Assembly (NCBI GenBank): GCA_964637575.1
Contig: CAZWVU010000003.1
Span: 65,586 to 129,585, forward strand
Length of the DNA: 64,000 nt
Source: an uncultured Candidatus Saccharibacteria bacterium
GTDB taxonomy: Bacteria > Patescibacteriota > Minisyncoccia > UBA6257 > WO2-44-18
Reading direction: 5' to 3'
Made by a program: the position numbers and the translations under genes. Under the pieces are notes generated by a model that had not been told where the DNA came from, made no database searches, and saw only the letters and a list, made by a program, of their open reading frames with translations. This document shows positions 1-9,137 of the stretch, in pieces (position 1 is the stretch's first letter; every line of letters begins with the position of its first letter).

Positions 1-102
1 ATTCACGCCCTTCATCAGTCGAAGGGATGCTCACTGGCGGAGGCGGCGCATACGCTGGCGCTTCAGCGCATCGCCAAGCATCTTCAGACCAAGCACAAAT
101 AA
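1..102 (+). CDS. 3' end of a gene cut by the window edge; resembles the C-terminus of Glu/Leu/Phe/Val dehydrogenases
   Basis: Frame 1 reads IHALHQSKGCSLAEAAHTLALQRIAKHLQTKHK*, matching the SLRxAAYxLAxxRIA-type tail; a terminator follows. Confidence 0.5.
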   Translation: MHALHQSKGCSLAEAAHTLALQRIAKHLQTKHK

Positions 103-105
103 CGC

Positions 106-133
106 ACCCGCCTGTTGACCAGGCGGGTTTTTT
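106..133 (+). terminator. Intrinsic terminator
   Basis: ACCCGCCTG-ttgac-CAGGCGGGT followed by a T run. Confidence 0.8.
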
Positions 134-173
134 ATTGCTAGGATACTCATCAGTTTCTTGCGGAGACAGACCG

Positions 174-410
174 ATGAAAACGTTTTCGGTAGTACTGGAA
201 CTGGAAAGCGAATCGCACAGCGCAGTCGCCATGAAATTTACCAGCAAGTCGGAAATCGGAATTTTCGCCGCGGATGAATCCAGGGCGCGCACACTGATCA
301 GGGAGAATTTCGGCCACCGGATTGTCGCGGGCCACTCGTATGAAATCAAATGCGAGGGCGATGCCCCCGTCAATGCCAAAGAAGGCTTCGCAATCCGGCC
401 AATCGAGTGA
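174..410 (+). CDS. Hypothetical protein, 78 aa
   Basis: ATG at 174 after GGAG; extended -10 (TGcTAGGAT) upstream and a terminator downstream. Confidence 0.6.
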   Translation: MKTFSVVLELESESHSAVAMKFTSKSEIGIFAADESRARTLIRENFGHRIVAGHSYEIKCEGDAPVNAKEGFAIRPIE

Positions 411-412
411 CC

Positions 413-441
413 AAATCCCACCTTACTTAGGTGGGATTTTT
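413..441 (+). terminator. Intrinsic terminator
   Basis: AAATCCCACCT-tactt-AGGTGGGATTT followed by T. Confidence 0.8.
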
Positions 442-460
442 ATTGTAGGATAAGGGAATT

Positions 461-2611
461 ATGGAAATGGAAAAGGAGTTGGCTCCGGCATATGAACCAA
501 AAGGGGTTGAGGAGAAAATCTACCGACAGTGGGAGGAGTCCGGTTATTTCAACCCCGATAATCTTAAGGGTGCGAAAAAACCTTACGCGATTCATTTACC
601 GCCGCCCAACGTGACCGGTTCGCTGCATATGGGACACGCGCTCAATGCGACGATTACCGATATCCTGATCCGCTATCACCGGATGCGTGGTTACAAGGCA
701 GTGTGGTTTCCCGGTACCGATCATGCCGGCATCGCGACGCAAAGCGTGGTGGAGAAACAGCTGAAAAAAGAAGGAATCAGCCGCTGGGATCTTGGCCGGG
801 AAAAATTCGTGGAAAAAGTCTGGGAGTGGCGGCAGAAATACGGCGACATCATCATCGGCCAACTGAAAAAGATCGGCGCCTCGGCTGACTGGTCGCGTCT
901 GCGCTTTACGATGGACCCGGCCTACGCCACCTGGGTGAAAAAAGCCTTCATCCATTATTACGAAAAGGGCTGGATCTACCGCGGCAAGCGGCTGGTGAGC
1001 TGGTGCACTGCCTGTCAGACGTCGCTTTCCGATCTGGAGATCGAATACAAAGAAGAGAAGGGGAAGTTGTGGCACCTGAAATATCCGCTTGCCGATAAGA
1101 GCGGATTTGTCGTGGTCGCGACAACCCGTCCGGAGACAATGCTGGGCGACGCCGCGGTGGCGGTGAATCCCAAAGACAAGCGTTACGAAAAGCTCGTCGG
1201 CAAAAAAGTTTTGTTGCCCCTGGTGAACCGGGAAATTCCGATTATCGCCGACGACGCGATCGATATGACGTTTGGTACCGGTGCGGTGAAGGTGACGCCG
1301 GCGCACGACCAGACTGACAACGAGATCGGCCAGCGGCATAACCTGCCGATGTACGAGCTCATCAATGAGCGGGGAAAGATGGCTGATCTCGCCGGAAAGG
1401 ATTTCGCGGGGTTGAAAGTCGCAGAGGCGCGCGCAAAGGTGGTGGCGGAAATGGAAAAGTCCGGGCTTTTGGAAAAGACCGAGGATTTCACTCACAACGT
1501 GGCAGTCTGTTACCGGTCGGGAACCGTACTGGAGCCGCTTTTGAGCAACCAGTGGTTTTTGAAAATGGAAAAATTAACCGCGGCGACGCTGAAGACGTTG
1601 AAGTCCGGCCAGACCAACATCCTTCCGGAAAATTTCGGGAAGACGGCAATGGCCTGGCTGGAGAACATCCGCGACTGGTGCATCTCGCGCCAGATCTGGT
1701 GGGGACACCAACTTCCTGTTTACTTTTGTAAGCAAGAGGCAATTTCAAATTCGCCGGAAGAAAAATTTTTAGTAGCTGCAGAAATGCCGAAGCAATGCCC
1801 ATTTTGCAAGAATTGCCAGATGGTTCAGTCGGCCGATGTCTTAGACACCTGGTTTTCATCGGCGCTCTGGCCGTTTGCCGGTTTTGAACCGAAGGAAGAA
1901 AAAGAAATACTCAAGCAGTTTTATCCTTCCAGCGTGCTGATCACCGCCCGCGACATCATCAATCTCTGGGTGACGCGCATGATTTTTTCAGGATTGGAAT
2001 TCATGAAAGAGACGCCGTTTCCGGACGTGCTGATCCACGGCACGATTCTTACGAAAGAAGGGAAGCGCATGTCCAAGAGTCTGGGAACCGGCATCGATCC
2101 GCTCGGCCTGATCGAGAAATACGGCGCTGACGCAACGCGTTTTGGCATTATCTGGCAGGCGATGGGTAATCAGGATATCCACTGGGATGAGGCAGCGGTG
2201 ATGGCAGGCAAGAAGTTCGCGAACAAGCTCTGGAATATCGCCCGATTTTCTCAGGCAAAAATCGGGAAGTTCAAAGTTCAACGCTCAACGTTAACATTGG
2301 AACACGCGGAAGATAAGGAAATTATGGAGAAGCTGGAAGTTTTGAAGACAGAACTGGATAAGGATATCAAGGCGTACGACCTCGGGCCGGCGCTCCATAC
2401 AATCTATGATTTTGTCTGGCACGAAGTGGCCGACAAATATATCGAAGCGGTGAAAAAGCGGGAGGATGAAAATGCTAAAATAGTATTACAGGAGTTGCTG
2501 CGGCATTCGCTGACTATTCTCCACCCGTTTATGCCGTTCATCACGGAGGAGATCTATCAGCGGTTGTTTGCCCATGACGGCAGCATGCTTCTTGTGATTG
2601 GTGATGCCTAA
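461..2611 (+). CDS. valS: Valine--tRNA ligase lacking the C-terminal coiled coil
   Basis: PPPNVTGSLHMGH, DHAGIATQ, TTRPET, DWCISRQIWWGH, RMSKS. Confidence 0.97.
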   Translation: MEMEKELAPAYEPKGVEEKIYRQWEESGYFNPDNLKGAKKPYAIHLPPPNVTGSLHMGHALNATITDILIRYHRMRGYKAVWFPGTDHAGIATQSVVEKQLKKEGISRWDLGREKFVEKVWEWRQKYGDIIIGQLKKIGASADWSRLRFTMDPAYATWVKKAFIHYYEKGWIYRGKRLVSWCTACQTSLSDLEIEYKEEKGKLWHLKYPLADKSGFVVVATTRPETMLGDAAVAVNPKDKRYEKLVGKKVLLPLVNREIPIIADDAIDMTFGTGAVKVTPAHDQTDNEIGQRHNLPMYELINERGKMADLAGKDFAGLKVAEARAKVVAEMEKSGLLEKTEDFTHNVAVCYRSGTVLEPLLSNQWFLKMEKLTAATLKTLKSGQTNILPENFGKTAMAWLENIRDWCISRQIWWGHQLPVYFCKQEAISNSPEEKFLVAAEMPKQCPFCKNCQMVQSADVLDTWFSSALWPFAGFEPKEEKEILKQFYPSSVLITARDIINLWVTRMIFSGLEFMKETPFPDVLIHGTILTKEGKRMSKSLGTGIDPLGLIEKYGADATRFGIIWQAMGNQDIHWDEAAVMAGKKFANKLWNIARFSQAKIGKFKVQRSTLTLEHAEDKEIMEKLEVLKTELDKDIKAYDLGPALHTIYDFVWHEVADKYIEAVKKREDENAKIVLQELLRHSLTILHPFMPFITEEIYQRLFAHDGSMLLVIGDA

Positions 2612-2862
2612 TACAATATCTTCTCAAATTGATAATCAAAATTTTGCCTCAATGCCGAGGCGCGAATCCGCAGGTGTAGACTCTATTCCCAGGATGAGCA
2701 ACGAAGGCAGTGAGCAAAATTTCATTACCGAAGGAGCCGCGACCTTGGCTGATTTCGTCGTTGCGCTCGCTCGGAATGGAGTCCATACCTTCACTCGCGC
2801 GCCTAGAAATCAGACACAAGGTCGCAGGCTTCAATTGATCAAGATATTGTATTAGGCATCAC
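2601..2862. mobile_element. Two-lobed palindromic non-autonomous element (MITE/REP-like), copy 1
   Basis: Perfect 22-bp terminal IR GTGATGCCTAATACAATATCTT / AAGATATTGTATTAGGCATCAC; two internal inverted lobes; homologous to 28547-28815. Confidence 0.75.
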
Positions 2863-2864
2863 TT

Positions 2865-3545
2865 ATGCTAACCCTTTTTATGATCCTGCTCGGCATGCTT
2901 CCCAGTCTCGCCTGGCTGGTCTTTTATTTGCATGAGGACATCGAACATCCCGAGCCGAAGTCCCTCATTTTCTACACGTTCATTGCCGGCGCCCTGGTAA
3001 CCTTCCTCGTGCTCGGGTTTCAATACACCGCGCACGAATGGCTGAGCGCCAACGGATTTCCTATTTACAGCTTCCCTTCGTTTCTTGTGCTGGCGGCGAT
3101 CGAGGAGTTTTTCAAATATTTCGCCGTGTGGATCACGGTGAGCCGGCGCAGAGAATTCGACGAGCCGATCGACGCGATGGTCTACATGATCGTGTCGGCG
3201 CTCGGATTCGCCACCGTGGAAAATATCGGCTCGATTTTTCAGGCCAGCGCCGCCGCCTATCCGAGCCCCGGGCCGCTTGAAACCACCGCGCTCCGTTTTG
3301 TCGGGGCGACCCTCCTTCATACGCTGACTTCCGGCATTGTCGGCTATTATTGGGGCAAGGCGCTGGCCAAACACGGCCACTTTGGCTGGCTGGTGTTCAG
3401 GGGCTTATTCACCGCGACTTTATTGCACGCAATATTCAACTCTCTTATAATTAAATCAGAACCTCTCGCCCTGCCACTTATCTTTCTTATGTTCATCGGA
3501 ATGTTCGTGCTGAGTGATTTCGAGAAACTTAAACACCCGCAATAA
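2865..3545 (+). CDS. PrsW-family intramembrane glutamic-type protease
   Basis: HPEP, IEEFFK, FDEPIDAMVY, GFATVEN, two conserved His; multi-TM. Confidence 0.92.
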   Translation: MLTLFMILLGMLPSLAWLVFYLHEDIEHPEPKSLIFYTFIAGALVTFLVLGFQYTAHEWLSANGFPIYSFPSFLVLAAIEEFFKYFAVWITVSRRREFDEPIDAMVYMIVSALGFATVENIGSIFQASAAAYPSPGPLETTALRFVGATLLHTLTSGIVGYYWGKALAKHGHFGWLVFRGLFTATLLHAIFNSLIIKSEPLALPLIFLMFIGMFVLSDFEKLKHPQ

Positions 3546-3549
3546 CAAT

Positions 3550-4026
3550 ATGGAAAACGAGGACCTCCAAAACGCAGACGAAGAACTTCAGCCCCAGGAG
3601 GGCGCGGTTCCGGAAGTTGACGCCGAGCTTGCTCGCGCGGGTAGTTCCGCATTGGCGGAGAGAAGTAAAACCGAAGAAGAGCTCTACGGGGGAGAGGAGG
3701 GTCAGTTAACCATCGATCTTTATCAGACGCCGGACGAAATCATTCTTGAGGCTCCCATTGCGGGAGTGAAGCCGGAAGATCTGGATATTTCCATCACCAA
3801 CGAATCCGTCACCATCTCCGGGAAGCGGGAGAAAGATCGCAAGATAAAAGAGGAAGATTATTTTTATCAGGAAACCTATTGGGGGAAATTTTCCCGTTCC
3901 ATTATTCTGCCGCAGGAAGTGGACGCGGAAAAAGCCGAGGCCTCGGTAAAGAACAGCGTGCTGATCATAAAGCTTCCCAAACTGAACCGGCAGCGTTCCA
4001 AGAAACTGAAAGTCCAGCCGGAGTAA
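3550..4026 (+). CDS. Hsp20/alpha-crystallin small heat shock protein
   Basis: IDLYQT, AGVKPEDLDI, E-x-YWGKFSRSIILP, NSVLIIKLPK. Confidence 0.93.
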   Translation: MENEDLQNADEELQPQEGAVPEVDAELARAGSSALAERSKTEEELYGGEEGQLTIDLYQTPDEIILEAPIAGVKPEDLDISITNESVTISGKREKDRKIKEEDYFYQETYWGKFSRSIILPQEVDAEKAEASVKNSVLIIKLPKLNRQRSKKLKVQPE

Positions 4027-4106
4027 AAATTCCGCGCGCATTCGGTTTACTTTTTTACAAAAATATAGTACTTTATAGGTAGAATTTTGATTTACGAGGA
4101 GGCTTC

Positions 4107-5030
4107 GTGGACCTCGGAAGAGTCGGTGCGATTATTCCCGGCGGGGGATTGAAGTGCGCCTTCCAGGTAGGCTTCTTCGAGGCAATCGATGAAGTCGGCA
4201 TCAAGCTGGAAAAAGTGCAGGGCGTGTCCGGCGGCGCGCTCAATTCCGCGAAATACGTGGAGGGAGGATCCCGGGAACTGAAGGCGGTCTGGCTGACCGT
4301 GGAACGGAACGGTTCCAGCTGGGTATTCAGCAACGCGGAAAAGTGGAAGCATCTCGCCTTCGGAGGACCGGCGCTTTACGGCGAAGAGGGACTCTGGCGG
4401 CTGCTCGGTACGATTGATCTTCTGAAGATCATGAATTCGCCGATCCATCTCGAGATTGTGGTGTTCAACGAACTGACCGAGAAGCTGGAAGTGATCCGGA
4501 ACCATGAATACAATCCGGCGAATCTCGAGCACAAAGATCTGTTGCGGCGTTTTATCAAGGCTTCGGCAAGCTACCCGGGATTTTTTCTTCCGGAAGAGAT
4601 CAACGGCCAGATCTATTCGGACGGGTGCGGCATTGTTTCCGAGTCGCTGGCCGATCTGGATACGGTCTTTCTGGTCGAGAGCAGCCAGCCGCGGATCACC
4701 GTGAACCCGGCCAAGCTCCCCTGGAAGGAAAGGATACTCCGGAAGATCTCTTCCCTTATCGATGAAGGATACAAAGAAGATATCCGCGCCAGCCTCAGCA
4801 AATTCCAGCTGTTTCCCGATGACGAAGAGGATAAGGAATGGCCCGTCTGGAGAAAGCTCAAGGAGTTTCTCAAAGGCGGACCGGTCTCGAAGCGTCTTAT
4901 CCTCATTCAGCCGTCGATGAATATCGACACCCTGCGCATCAACTCCTGCGAAAAAGGCGACATCAGCAAGTCGATGAAGCATGGCTATGAAAGCACCAAA
5001 GGAATGCTGGCGCGACTGGCCACCATCTAA
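4107..5030 (+). CDS. Patatin-like phospholipase
   Basis: GGGLKCAFQVG glycine loop, GVSGG nucleophile, ASASYPGFF, SDGC; GTG start after GAGGAGG. Confidence 0.85.
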   Translation: MDLGRVGAIIPGGGLKCAFQVGFFEAIDEVGIKLEKVQGVSGGALNSAKYVEGGSRELKAVWLTVERNGSSWVFSNAEKWKHLAFGGPALYGEEGLWRLLGTIDLLKIMNSPIHLEIVVFNELTEKLEVIRNHEYNPANLEHKDLLRRFIKASASYPGFFLPEEINGQIYSDGCGIVSESLADLDTVFLVESSQPRITVNPAKLPWKERILRKISSLIDEGYKEDIRASLSKFQLFPDDEEDKEWPVWRKLKEFLKGGPVSKRLILIQPSMNIDTLRINSCEKGDISKSMKHGYESTKGMLARLATI

Positions 5031-5053
5031 CCCCTCACATCAGAGGGGTTTTT
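5029..5053 (+). terminator. Intrinsic terminator
   Basis: AACCCCTC...GAGGGGTT followed by TTT. Confidence 0.7.
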
Positions 5054-5069
5054 CATATAGAATCAAGGC

Positions 5070-5576
5070 ATGACCAACGAGTATTTTACCGAGGCCATCG
5101 TGCTGGATAAGGAGCCGGCGGGGGAAGCGGATCTTCAGGTATTTTTATACACCAAAGACTTCGGAAGGATTACTGCGAAAGCAGTAAGCGCCCGGAAAAT
5201 TGTCTCCAAGCTTGCCGGCCATCTTGAACCGTTCAATATCATCCAGGCCCGGCTGGTGCAGAAAAACCGCTTTCAGGTAGTGGATGCGCTTGCGACCGGT
5301 GCCCTGCCGAAACACCCGGAAACGCACCGGGTGCTGAAGCTGGTAAAGGAACTTACCGGCGAAGGACAGCACGATCCGGAACTGTGGGAGCTCCTAAGAG
5401 GCGGAAGTATCAGCGGATTGAGCGTGCTGGGAGCGCTCGGATTCGACAGCCAGTATGCCGTCTGCGAAAACTGCGGCAATGAAAAACCAAGCCATTTCAT
5501 TTTTCAGCGGCTGGAGTATTACTGCGCTTCTTGTTTTTCCCAATCTGGTGCGCCGCCCGCCTTCGCGCTAAACTAA
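5070..5576 (+). CDS. recO: DNA repair protein RecO, short form
   Basis: TEAIVL..GEAD..YTKDFG..ARKIVSKLAGHLEPF; C-terminal CxxC..CxxC. Confidence 0.88.
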   Translation: MTNEYFTEAIVLDKEPAGEADLQVFLYTKDFGRITAKAVSARKIVSKLAGHLEPFNIIQARLVQKNRFQVVDALATGALPKHPETHRVLKLVKELTGEGQHDPELWELLRGGSISGLSVLGALGFDSQYAVCENCGNEKPSHFIFQRLEYYCASCFSQSGAPPAFALN

Positions 5577-5591
5577 GAGCTATACATCTAT

Positions 5592-7316
5592 ATGAGTTTG
5601 CGCGCGAAAGCTATTCTTATTTTTACCGCCGTCATTATATTGGGCGGCGGCGTGATTGCCTATGTTGCCTATCAGGCCAAAGTTTCCAAAGGATTGGACA
5701 TCCAAATTTCCGGTCCGGAAAAGGTGCTCGTCGGCGTGCCCTTTGACGTAAAAGTGAATGTCGTCAACAGTTCGGATAATCTTCTTGATCAGGTCCGTTT
5801 GAATATCAATCTTCCCGACGGGCTGGCCTTTCTCGGTTCTCCCGCGGCGAAAAATGTTGATTTCCGGGATCTCGGAAGCGTGCAGCCCGGCGAGGTGAGC
5901 CAGCAAACCATCAGTCTGATCGCGCTTAACGGGCAGAATACGTATAAGCAGATTACCGCGAGCGTTTCCTATCTTTCCGGTTCGCTCAGTTCGCGTTTTC
6001 AAAAGGAATCAAGTTTCCAGCTCGCGGTAGGTGATTATGGAATCACGCTGGATATCGCGACGCCCCAAAAAGTATTCAGCGGCGAATCGTTCGACACGGG
6101 CATTACCTACAAAAATTCTTCCACGATTGATTTTGACAGCCTGAAGCTGGCACTGGAATACCCGCCTACTTTTACCCTTTCCCGTTCCACGCTCAAGCCG
6201 GACGTCGGCAACAACACCTGGCTGCTCGGCGGTCTTCATAAGAATTCTGAAAATACGTTTACCATTACCGGGAATATTATCGGTCCCGACGACGCGACCT
6301 TCGACCTGAAGGCGACCGTGTACGCGACGTTTCTCGGCCAGGAGTACCCCATCAATATCAATGCCGCCACCCTTTCCATCGCCGCCTCGCCGCTTTCCAT
6401 AAAAATTGCGCTCAACGGAGGCACTGATTACATCGCGAAGGCGGACGACGCCCTTCATTACACGCTTACCTACACCAACAATACCGATATTGGGCTCCGG
6501 GATGTGATCATCACGGCGCAGCTGGTGGGGGAGATGTTCGATTTCAGCCAGCTTTCCAGCAATGGATCGTTCAATTCGGTCAACAATACGCTGACCTGGA
6601 ATGCCTCGAACATCCCATCGCTCAGTTCGCTGTCGCCCGGCGAGTCCGGTGAAATCGATTTCGCCCTGAAAACGAAAAGCGCCTATCCGATCCGGCGTTT
6701 GAGCGACAAGAATTTCATGCTCAAGGTGCGGACCACCATCGAATCGCCGACGGTACCCAACTTTGTCCAGGCCAACAAGACATTCAGCCTCAGTTCGCTG
6801 GAAACAAAAGTGGCTGACCAGATCAGGCTGGCCACCAAAGTGCTTTTCCGCGACCCGAATTCCGGCATTTTGAACAAAGGGCCGTTTCCGCCGCGCGTGG
6901 GCCAGGCCACCCAATTCACCGTCCACTGGCAAATCACCAATTATTCCAATGACGCGAAGGACATTACCGTCAGCGCGTTTCTCGGCGGCAACGTCAAATT
7001 CACCGGCCTTGCCAAGGCGAGCGCGGGCGCCGCGGTGCCGACCTATAATGACCGCACCCAGCAGGTAACCTGGACGATCGGCCGCATTCCGGCGACCGTG
7101 GGCGTGATTTCGGCACCCCTGGAAGCGACATTCCAGATTTCAGCGACGCCCTCCTCTTCCGACGTGGGCACGTTCATGCAGGTGATCCAGGAATCGCTGA
7201 TCAAAGCCACCGATGATTTTACCAACCAGGGGATGGACGGCGCCACTCCTCCGGTGACCACCCAGCTGCCGGACGATCCGACCGTTATCAATACGCCCGG
7301 AATAGTGAGTAAATAA
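5592..7316 (+). CDS. Membrane-anchored surface protein with repeated Ig-like (DUF11-like) beta domains
   Basis: N-terminal TM helix; repeated YTLTYTN..V.ITAQL...LTW-type motifs. Confidence 0.7.
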   Translation: MSLRAKAILIFTAVIILGGGVIAYVAYQAKVSKGLDIQISGPEKVLVGVPFDVKVNVVNSSDNLLDQVRLNINLPDGLAFLGSPAAKNVDFRDLGSVQPGEVSQQTISLIALNGQNTYKQITASVSYLSGSLSSRFQKESSFQLAVGDYGITLDIATPQKVFSGESFDTGITYKNSSTIDFDSLKLALEYPPTFTLSRSTLKPDVGNNTWLLGGLHKNSENTFTITGNIIGPDDATFDLKATVYATFLGQEYPININAATLSIAASPLSIKIALNGGTDYIAKADDALHYTLTYTNNTDIGLRDVIITAQLVGEMFDFSQLSSNGSFNSVNNTLTWNASNIPSLSSLSPGESGEIDFALKTKSAYPIRRLSDKNFMLKVRTTIESPTVPNFVQANKTFSLSSLETKVADQIRLATKVLFRDPNSGILNKGPFPPRVGQATQFTVHWQITNYSNDAKDITVSAFLGGNVKFTGLAKASAGAAVPTYNDRTQQVTWTIGRIPATVGVISAPLEATFQISATPSSSDVGTFMQVIQESLIKATDDFTNQGMDGATPPVTTQLPDDPTVINTPGIVSK

Positions 7317-7427
7317 TTTTTAATTTACAATTTTAAATTTTCCAATCAATTTTCAATGACTCAATGTTTAAAATATGTAAGAATTCAATCATTCATTTTA
7401 AATTTCAAATTTAAACTTTAAAATTAT
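7315..7427. repeat. AT-rich heptamer-periodic dispersed repeat, copy 1
   Basis: 7390-7425 is the exact 36-bp reverse complement of 37023-37058; similarity extends over ~105 bp. Confidence 0.85.
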
Positions 7428-7431
7428 TGCA

Positions 7432-8757
7432 ATGGACCTATTAGAAAAAATAGTTAATCTCTCAAAACGCCGGGGTTTCATATTTCCTGGCTCCGAGATC
7501 TATGGCGGTCTTGCCAACTCTTGGGACTACGGCCCGCTTGGCGCCGAGCTTAAAAAGAATATTAAAGATGAGTGGTGGAACCGCTTTGTCCGCCGCCGCA
7601 CCGACATCGTCGGCCTGGACGCGGCACTAATGATGAATCCCAAGGTGTGGGAAGCGAGCGGCCACGTCGCCGGCTTTTCCGATCCGCTGGTGGAATGCAA
7701 GAAATGCCACACCCGCTACCGCGCTGATCAGATTAATATCAACACCGCCTGCCCGAACTGCGGCAGCAAAGGAACATTTACGGAGTCCAAGCAGTTTAAT
7801 CTGATGTTCAAGACGTTTATGGGGCCTTCCGAAGAAAAGGCGAATACGGTTTACTTGCGGCCGGAGACGGCGCAGGCGATGTTTGTGGATTTCAAAAATA
7901 TACTGGAGACGACCCGGAAGCGTCTGCCGTTTGGCATCGCCCAAATGGGCAAGGCCTTCCGCAATGAAATTACTCCCGGCAATTTTATCTTCCGCACGCG
8001 CGAATTTGAGCAGATGGAGATTGAGTATTTCGTCCGGCCGGAGGAGTGGGAGAAGCATTTTGAAAAGTGGCTGAAGGAAATGAAGCGGTGGCTGAAAGAT
8101 CTCGGCGTCTCCGAAAAGAAACTGCACTACGCGGAGATCCCGCCGGAAGAGCGGGCGCATTATTCTAAGCGCACGGTGGATGTTGAGTATGAATATCCGT
8201 TTGGCCGTAAAGAACTGTACGGCCTCGCGTACCGCGGCGACTTTGATCTCGCCAGCCACGAGAAGGCGAGCGGGCAGGATCTGAAATATGTTGATCCTGA
8301 AGAGCCGGGCAAAAAATTCCTGCCGCACGTCATTGAGCCGACCTGGGGCGTGGACCGCTCCGTATTGGTGGCGATGCTGGAGGCCTATCACGAAGAAGAG
8401 GCGCCGACCGCCGAGAAAGGGGAGAAGGAGACCCGGATCGTGATGAAATTCCCGGCTTGGCTCGCGCCGGTTAAGGTGGCGATCCTGCCGCTTTCCAAAA
8501 AGCCGGAGCTTTCCAAGATTGCGAAGCCGCTTTATGAAGAGCTCGCGGAGCAATTCGTCTGCGAATACGACGAGACGCAAAGCATCGGCAAGCGCTACCG
8601 CCGGCAGGACGAGATCGGCACGCCGCTCTGCGTGACGGTGGATTTTGACAGTATCAAAGACAAAGCCGTTACCGTCCGCGACCGCGACACAATGAAACAG
8701 AAGCGTGTGAAAATTACCAAACTTGCGGAATATCTGAGCGAGCAGTTAGGAAAATAA
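7432..8757 (+). CDS. glyS: Glycine--tRNA ligase, dimeric alpha2 type
   Basis: SEIYGGLA, YLRPETAQ, FRNEITPGNFIFRTREFEQMEIE, PHVIEP, SIGKRYRRQDEIGTP. Confidence 0.97.
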   Translation: MDLLEKIVNLSKRRGFIFPGSEIYGGLANSWDYGPLGAELKKNIKDEWWNRFVRRRTDIVGLDAALMMNPKVWEASGHVAGFSDPLVECKKCHTRYRADQININTACPNCGSKGTFTESKQFNLMFKTFMGPSEEKANTVYLRPETAQAMFVDFKNILETTRKRLPFGIAQMGKAFRNEITPGNFIFRTREFEQMEIEYFVRPEEWEKHFEKWLKEMKRWLKDLGVSEKKLHYAEIPPEERAHYSKRTVDVEYEYPFGRKELYGLAYRGDFDLASHEKASGQDLKYVDPEEPGKKFLPHVIEPTWGVDRSVLVAMLEAYHEEEAPTAEKGEKETRIVMKFPAWLAPVKVAILPLSKKPELSKIAKPLYEELAEQFVCEYDETQSIGKRYRRQDEIGTPLCVTVDFDSIKDKAVTVRDRDTMKQKRVKITKLAEYLSEQLGK

Positions 8758-8785
8758 AAAATCCCCAACCGAAGTTGGGGATTTT
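8757..8785. terminator. Bidirectional intrinsic terminator
   Basis: AAAATCCCCAAC-cgaa-GTTGGGGATTTT between convergent genes. Confidence 0.85.
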
Positions 8786-8789
8786 GGTC

Positions 8790-9065
8790 CTAGCGATCGA
8801 AGTGGCCGGAGGCATCGATCTTCTCAGCTTTTCCCTTACAACGTGCCCGATTAAACCACGCAAGGGCGCACACCAGAAAGATCAGAGACCCGACCACATA
8901 TGCCCACCAATGGCCATTTGAGAAAAACAGGCCATCCAGCAGCAAGAGCAGAGATATTGCACTGTCAATCCAGCCCAAAATCTTGCACCGGCCCGCCGTT
9001 TTTCCATCCATAAAGGCGGCCACGACTATAAGTGTCGCCGAGATCCAGAACAGCGGAGAATACAT
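8790..9065 (-). CDS. Small 3-TM hypothetical membrane protein, 91 aa
   Basis: ATG after AGGAGG; own TTGACA-16-TAGAAT promoter at 9122-9095; three hydrophobic segments. Confidence 0.75.
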   Translation of the reverse strand: MYSPLFWISATLIVVAAFMDGKTAGRCKILGWIDSAISLLLLLDGLFFSNGHWWAYVVGSLIFLVCALAWFNRARCKGKAEKIDASGHFDR

Positions 9066-9137
9066 CGCGTGCCTCCTACTAAATAACTTTGCGTATTCTA
9101 CCAAATATTTTAAATTTGTCAAATATGATTTTGAGAG

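Noticed and set aside
2598-2855. 85-aa ORF, and similar ORFs at 13088, 28511-29003, 33741 and 63685
   Set aside because: They run across palindromic elements, lack start signals and show no protein-like motifs.
4107-5030. CBASS system
   Set aside because: The patatin has no neighbouring CD-NTase or Cap genes.
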